DNA of 45,083 nucleotides from SAR86 cluster bacterium (GTDB taxonomy: Bacteria; Pseudomonadota; Gammaproteobacteria; Magnimaribacterales; TMED112): the NCBI GenBank assembly GCA_004321845.1, contig SHBL01000002.1, positions 1 to 45,083 on the forward strand, read 5' to 3'. The notes beneath the pieces were generated by a model. The model was not told where the DNA came from, did no database searches, and saw only the letters and a list, made by a program, of their open reading frames with translations. A program made the position numbers and the translations under genes. This document shows, one piece after another, positions 43,191-45,083 of the stretch. Within the stretch, counting starts at the first letter, position 1, and each line of letters begins with the position of its first letter.

Positions 43191-44300
43191 TTATTCTTCT
43201 GAATTTTCTTGTCTGATGCTTGATGAGGAGATATCTTCTCTGAAAATATTTTCACCAAAGCCTTTAAAAAGACTACTAATTGAATCTGGCAACTGCACAT
43301 CTTTAAGCTCAATAAATTTATCTTGATATTTGCGCCCAAATACCAAAAATTTATTATTGTTTTTGTTAAAGATGTCGAACTGAGCAAGCATGTCACTTCT
43401 GCTTGCATAAAATCTTTCATCAAAGATTCTGACCAAAGTGTCTGCACCAATAATGAAAGTACTGTTTGGAAATAATTTTGCTTTATCAGAAAATTTACCT
43501 GCTTTTGTGAGCACCCAATCCTGTGTACTGTTAAATTGATTGATTGTTTTAGAAATCTGATGGTAGCTTAGAGGTGGCTTATCTACATTTTGAATACAAA
43601 GCTCAAAAAATGTTTTAGCGCCTGTTTCTTTTTCAGCTAACTTGCTCATAGCTTCATGGCCGTCATGTAAAGGATTAAATGCACCTGGAAATATAAGTTT
43701 GGGTTGAGTATCAGATGAGGCAACATATTCTATCTTTTCAGACATTAGATCAGCCCAGCCTTTATCTGCCTTTATAGATATATATTCAGGCGTCTCTTTA
43801 GTGTTTGGATACTCATAATTAAATTCGCAACACTCAGATACTAGTGCGATCACAAATCCAGTGACCAACTCTTCTTCTTGTTCTCTGGTTCTTTTGCCTT
43901 TTTCCAATATGCATGAGATAGATTTAGAAAAATCTCTAGTTTGAACTGCAATATGAAATCTGTGATCACCTCTCTTTTCGTAATTAGTGCTTAGTGATGC
44001 TGTAATTGCCACGCCAAATAGATTTTTAATATCTGACTTATCGTCTATTTTTTTCGCTGCACTGTATGCTCTTGCAGCCATTCTAGTTGTAGTATCAAGT
44101 GAACAATAAGACTCTGGTTTTCTCATAAGATAAAAATCTAACGACTCTTTTGCGTATGGAATATAGGCTTCCAAGATGGAATTACTTGCTCCGGGGACTT
44201 TTAATAGAGTTCCAATGGCGTTGCTGCCTCCTCCGCTTGATACAATTACAAACTTGAATTTGGATGCATGTAAATCTTTTATTTTTTGAGCTAAATTCAT
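43191..44300 (-). CDS. Two-domain protein: N-terminal CinA-C/PncC-like domain fused to a C-terminal NMN/NaMN adenylyltransferase-like nucleotidyltransferase domain
   Basis: aa 15-160 resemble the CinA C-terminal (NMN deamidase) fold (SSGGGSNAIGTLLKVPGASNSILEAYIPY...TTTRMAARAYSAAKK...FGVAITASLS). aa 200-365 carry GAFNPLHDGH (HxGH) and a terminal ISSSSIR (ISSTxxR-like) signature of the NadD/NMNAT class. Confidence 0.6.
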   Translation of the reverse strand: MNLAQKIKDLHASKFKFVIVSSGGGSNAIGTLLKVPGASNSILEAYIPYAKESLDFYLMRKPESYCSLDTTTRMAARAYSAAKKIDDKSDIKNLFGVAITASLSTNYEKRGDHRFHIAVQTRDFSKSISCILEKGKRTREQEEELVTGFVIALVSECCEFNYEYPNTKETPEYISIKADKGWADLMSEKIEYVASSDTQPKLIFPGAFNPLHDGHEAMSKLAEKETGAKTFFELCIQNVDKPPLSYHQISKTINQFNSTQDWVLTKAGKFSDKAKLFPNSTFIIGADTLVRIFDERFYASRSDMLAQFDIFNKNNNKFLVFGRKYQDKFIELKDVQLPDSISSLFKGFGENIFREDISSSSIRQENSEE

Positions 44301-44375
44301 TAATATGAGTTACTAGTTAAAAATAGAAAATACTGCATTTATGAAGTTTCTTCAATGTAGTTCTAGGAGAGAAAT

Positions 44376-45083
44376 ATGAGATATTTACTAATACTTTTTT
44401 TACTAACGTCCTGCTCAGCTGATTCAGGTAGTCCTGAGTCCTTTAATTACCCTGAATCAAAGAGAGAACGCACAAACTACAATCTGCATGGCACTACTGT
44501 TATGGACCCATATTTTTATATGGAAGATTTTGAATCGCCATATGTTGTGGAATGGTCTAACCAACAGAATGCTTTTGTTGAGTCTTATTTAGAAGGGTCT
44601 GAAATTAGTACGATCCAAGATATCCTAAGTGAAGCTTACAGTTCTGAATATTTCTCAATGTCTTATTTCAATCCTGAGAGCGAATACTATTTTTATAACT
44701 CTGGTTCTGAGCAACACCATCTTTATATGAAAAAGGGTGATGCTGTCATTCTCGATCCAAATTTGTGGTCAGATGACCAAACATTAAATCTTGATAAGGT
44801 TTCTGTTTCTCCAAATAAGAAATACTTAGCCTATTCCGTGAGCAACGGTGGTGTTGATTGGAGAACAATTAAAATCATGGATCTTGAGACTAATAGCAAT
44901 CTAGATTTTGAAATTACCGAAGTTAAGTTTTCAGATATTAGCTGGAAATCTGATTCAAGCGGCGTTTACTACAATAAATATCCAAAACCACTACCAGAGA
45001 ATCGTTTAAGCCAGCAAAGTTACGATGCCGCTATCTATTTCACAGATATTTCTACCGGCCAGGAAGAACTATTTTATGGAGAA
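44376..45083 (+). CDS. Prolyl oligopeptidase (S9A) family lipoprotein, N-terminal part (runs off window)
   Basis: Absent from the ORF track (open-ended). My translation gives MRYLLILFLLTSCSADSG... (lipobox), then YPESKRERTNYNLHGTTVMDPYFYMED...VVEWSNQQNAFVESYL, the typical prolyl endopeptidase N-terminus. AGGAGA RBS upstream. Confidence 0.8.
   Translation, partial: MRYLLILFLLTSCSADSGSPESFNYPESKRERTNYNLHGTTVMDPYFYMEDFESPYVVEWSNQQNAFVESYLEGSEISTIQDILSEAYSSEYFSMSYFNPESEYYFYNSGSEQHHLYMKKGDAVILDPNLWSDDQTLNLDKVSVSPNKKYLAYSVSNGGVDWRTIKIMDLETNSNLDFEITEVKFSDISWKSDSSGVYYNKYPKPLPENRLSQQSYDAAIYFTDISTGQEELFYGE

Noticed and set aside
43181-43450. 89-aa minus-strand ORF overlapping the 3' end of the PncC/NMNAT-like gene in another frame
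   Set aside because: The longer frame carries the ISSxxIR nucleotidyltransferase motif through this region. The alternative ORF has no recognisable features.
1-45083. Scan for tRNA/rRNA genes, CRISPR repeats, IS/transposase/integrase genes, long direct or inverted repeats, and toxin-antitoxin or defence gene pairs
   Set aside because: I could see none. Every sizeable ORF is assignable to housekeeping or transport families, and non-coding space is too small to hold such elements. Repeats shorter than about 15 nt cannot be reliably excluded by eye.

Overview
This is a visibly AT-rich, very gene-dense chromosomal segment with about 55 protein genes. Many junctions overlap by 1-40 nt, and only one intergenic region exceeds about 115 bp. 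The content is almost entirely core housekeeping: translation, tRNA modification, heme, folate, ubiquinone, pyrimidine and riboflavin biosynthesis, stringent response, and DNA repair. The genes sit in short microsynteny blocks known from Pseudomonas and E. coli: tyrS-M23-anmK-erpA, priA/rpmE, pepP-ubiH, tsaD/rpsU, rph-pyrE, yicC-gmk-rpoZ-spoT, recG, rubredoxin/ubiC-ubiA, yqiB-yqiA, yibN/pgm and mutY-yggX. From this I infer a genome-streamlined marine gammaproteobacterium; SAR86-like is only a guess from composition and compaction. I saw no rRNA, tRNA, CRISPR, IS, integrase or phage genes and no obvious defence island, so I cannot point to a dramatic new multi-gene system. The most interesting signal is the one long non-coding stretch (39654-39907). 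It carries a good match to the glnA-motif glutamine riboswitch directly upstream of a eukaryote-like type II glutamine synthetase (glnII), which also has its own terminator hairpin. Secondary observations are:
- a PncC(CinA-C)-like plus NMNAT-like fusion protein
- a secreted amidohydrolase pair in which one member has lost the HxH metal motif, sitting where dnaG-rpoD would be expected
- a rubredoxin / Na+-symporter-family / K+-dependent-type membrane pyrophosphatase / small TM protein operon
- a lipoprotein with a long Gly/Ala glycine-zipper-like core
- a Zn-independent L31 in the canonical rpmE slot
- pervasive overlaps between the ends of convergent genes

All functional calls come from motif and family recognition by eye; no searches were run.
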